Shown here one piece after another: positions 63,614 to 64,000 of a stretch of DNA of 64,000 bases. Position numbers and translations under genes: made by a program. The notes under the pieces were generated by a model. The model did not search any database. It was not told the origin of the DNA and worked only from the letters and a program-made list of their open reading frames with translations. The stretch spans positions 27,076-91,075 of the forward strand of contig CAVPLM010000019.1 of the NCBI GenBank assembly GCA_963706025.1. Direction: 5' to 3'. This stretch comes from an uncultured Actinomycetes bacterium (GTDB taxonomy: Bacteria; Actinomycetota; Thermoleophilia; RBG-16-64-13). How positions within the stretch are numbered: the stretch's first letter is position 1; each line of letters opens with the position of its first letter.

Positions 63614-64000
63614 CTAGTACTGCATCGGCTTAAGTTTGGACGCAGCCTCTTCCGTCATTCCTGGTACATAGCTACTCGCCAGGTATGCCAGCTGGTAGCT
63701 CCATTTGGGGTCCGTGCTCTTGCGCCACTGGCCACCCCCCATCGCCGCGCTGACCCCGTTCGGCACGGGGCGAGCCTCGCTGCCCACGGCCGCTGTGAAA
63801 TCAATCGGACCCTGGCTGGTCATCATCTTTGTGCTGCCGATGGCGGCCAAGAATTCCGCTTTGTCATCGAGATTCTTCGTCCGTTCCACTGCGTTGATGA
63901 ACAGCTCCATCATGCCCACCTGCATTATCCCCTGCGTCCACTGTGTGCCGGTTTTGGCCTCGTAGTCATCGGCGAGCTCCTGACAGCTCATTCCGGTGAG
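63614..64000 (-). CDS. ABC solute-binding protein, C-terminal part (paralog of 45171-46607)
   Basis: SCQELADDY...QWTQ...GPIDFT...GGQWRK aligns with SCQQFADKF...QWNQ...GPIDFT...GNQWRK. Confidence 0.85.
   Translation of the reverse strand, partial: LTGMSCQELADDYEAKTGTQWTQGIMQVGMMELFINAVERTKNLDDKAEFLAAIGSTKMMTSQGPIDFTAAVGSEARPVPNGVSAAMGGGQWRKSTDPKWSYQLAYLASSYVPGMTEEAASKLKPMQY

Overview
GC-rich bacterial DNA. The Tat-lipoprotein and Thr-rich linker style and the anaerobic enzyme set suggest an anaerobic actinobacterium such as Thermoleophilia, but that is inference only. There are three parts. (1) 1-31.1 kb is a surface/exopolysaccharide locus: two secreted beta-helix proteins behind a c-di-GMP-I riboswitch, GT2/GT4 glycosyltransferases, a flippase, an initiating sugar transferase, a CDP-sugar cassette with C-methyltransferase, and amidotransferase, deacetylase and pyruvyltransferase tailoring genes. 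(2) 31.4-32.5 kb and 52.1-53.8 kb are two phage/integrative-element scars (Xis-like HTH next to a truncated rfbB; terminase plus DNA methylase fragments) that share a ~60-bp sequence. (3) 32.7-64 kb is an anaerobic aromatic-catabolism island. It holds four pyrogallol:phloroglucinol transhydroxylase-like molybdoenzymes in two subfamilies, two Fe-S partners, a PhlG/phloretin-hydrolase-family C-C hydrolase, an Fe-S OYE reductase, cupins, an isochorismatase-fold protein with a rewired triad, a GG-less MoaD-like protein, a divergent PreA-like flavoprotein, an aromatic amino acid decarboxylase, alcohol dehydrogenases and orphan solute-binding proteins. This island is the best candidate for an undescribed system. 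Many genes carry single-base frameshifts that look like long-read assembly errors, so their boundaries are approximate. All family assignments come from motif reading; no database search was run.
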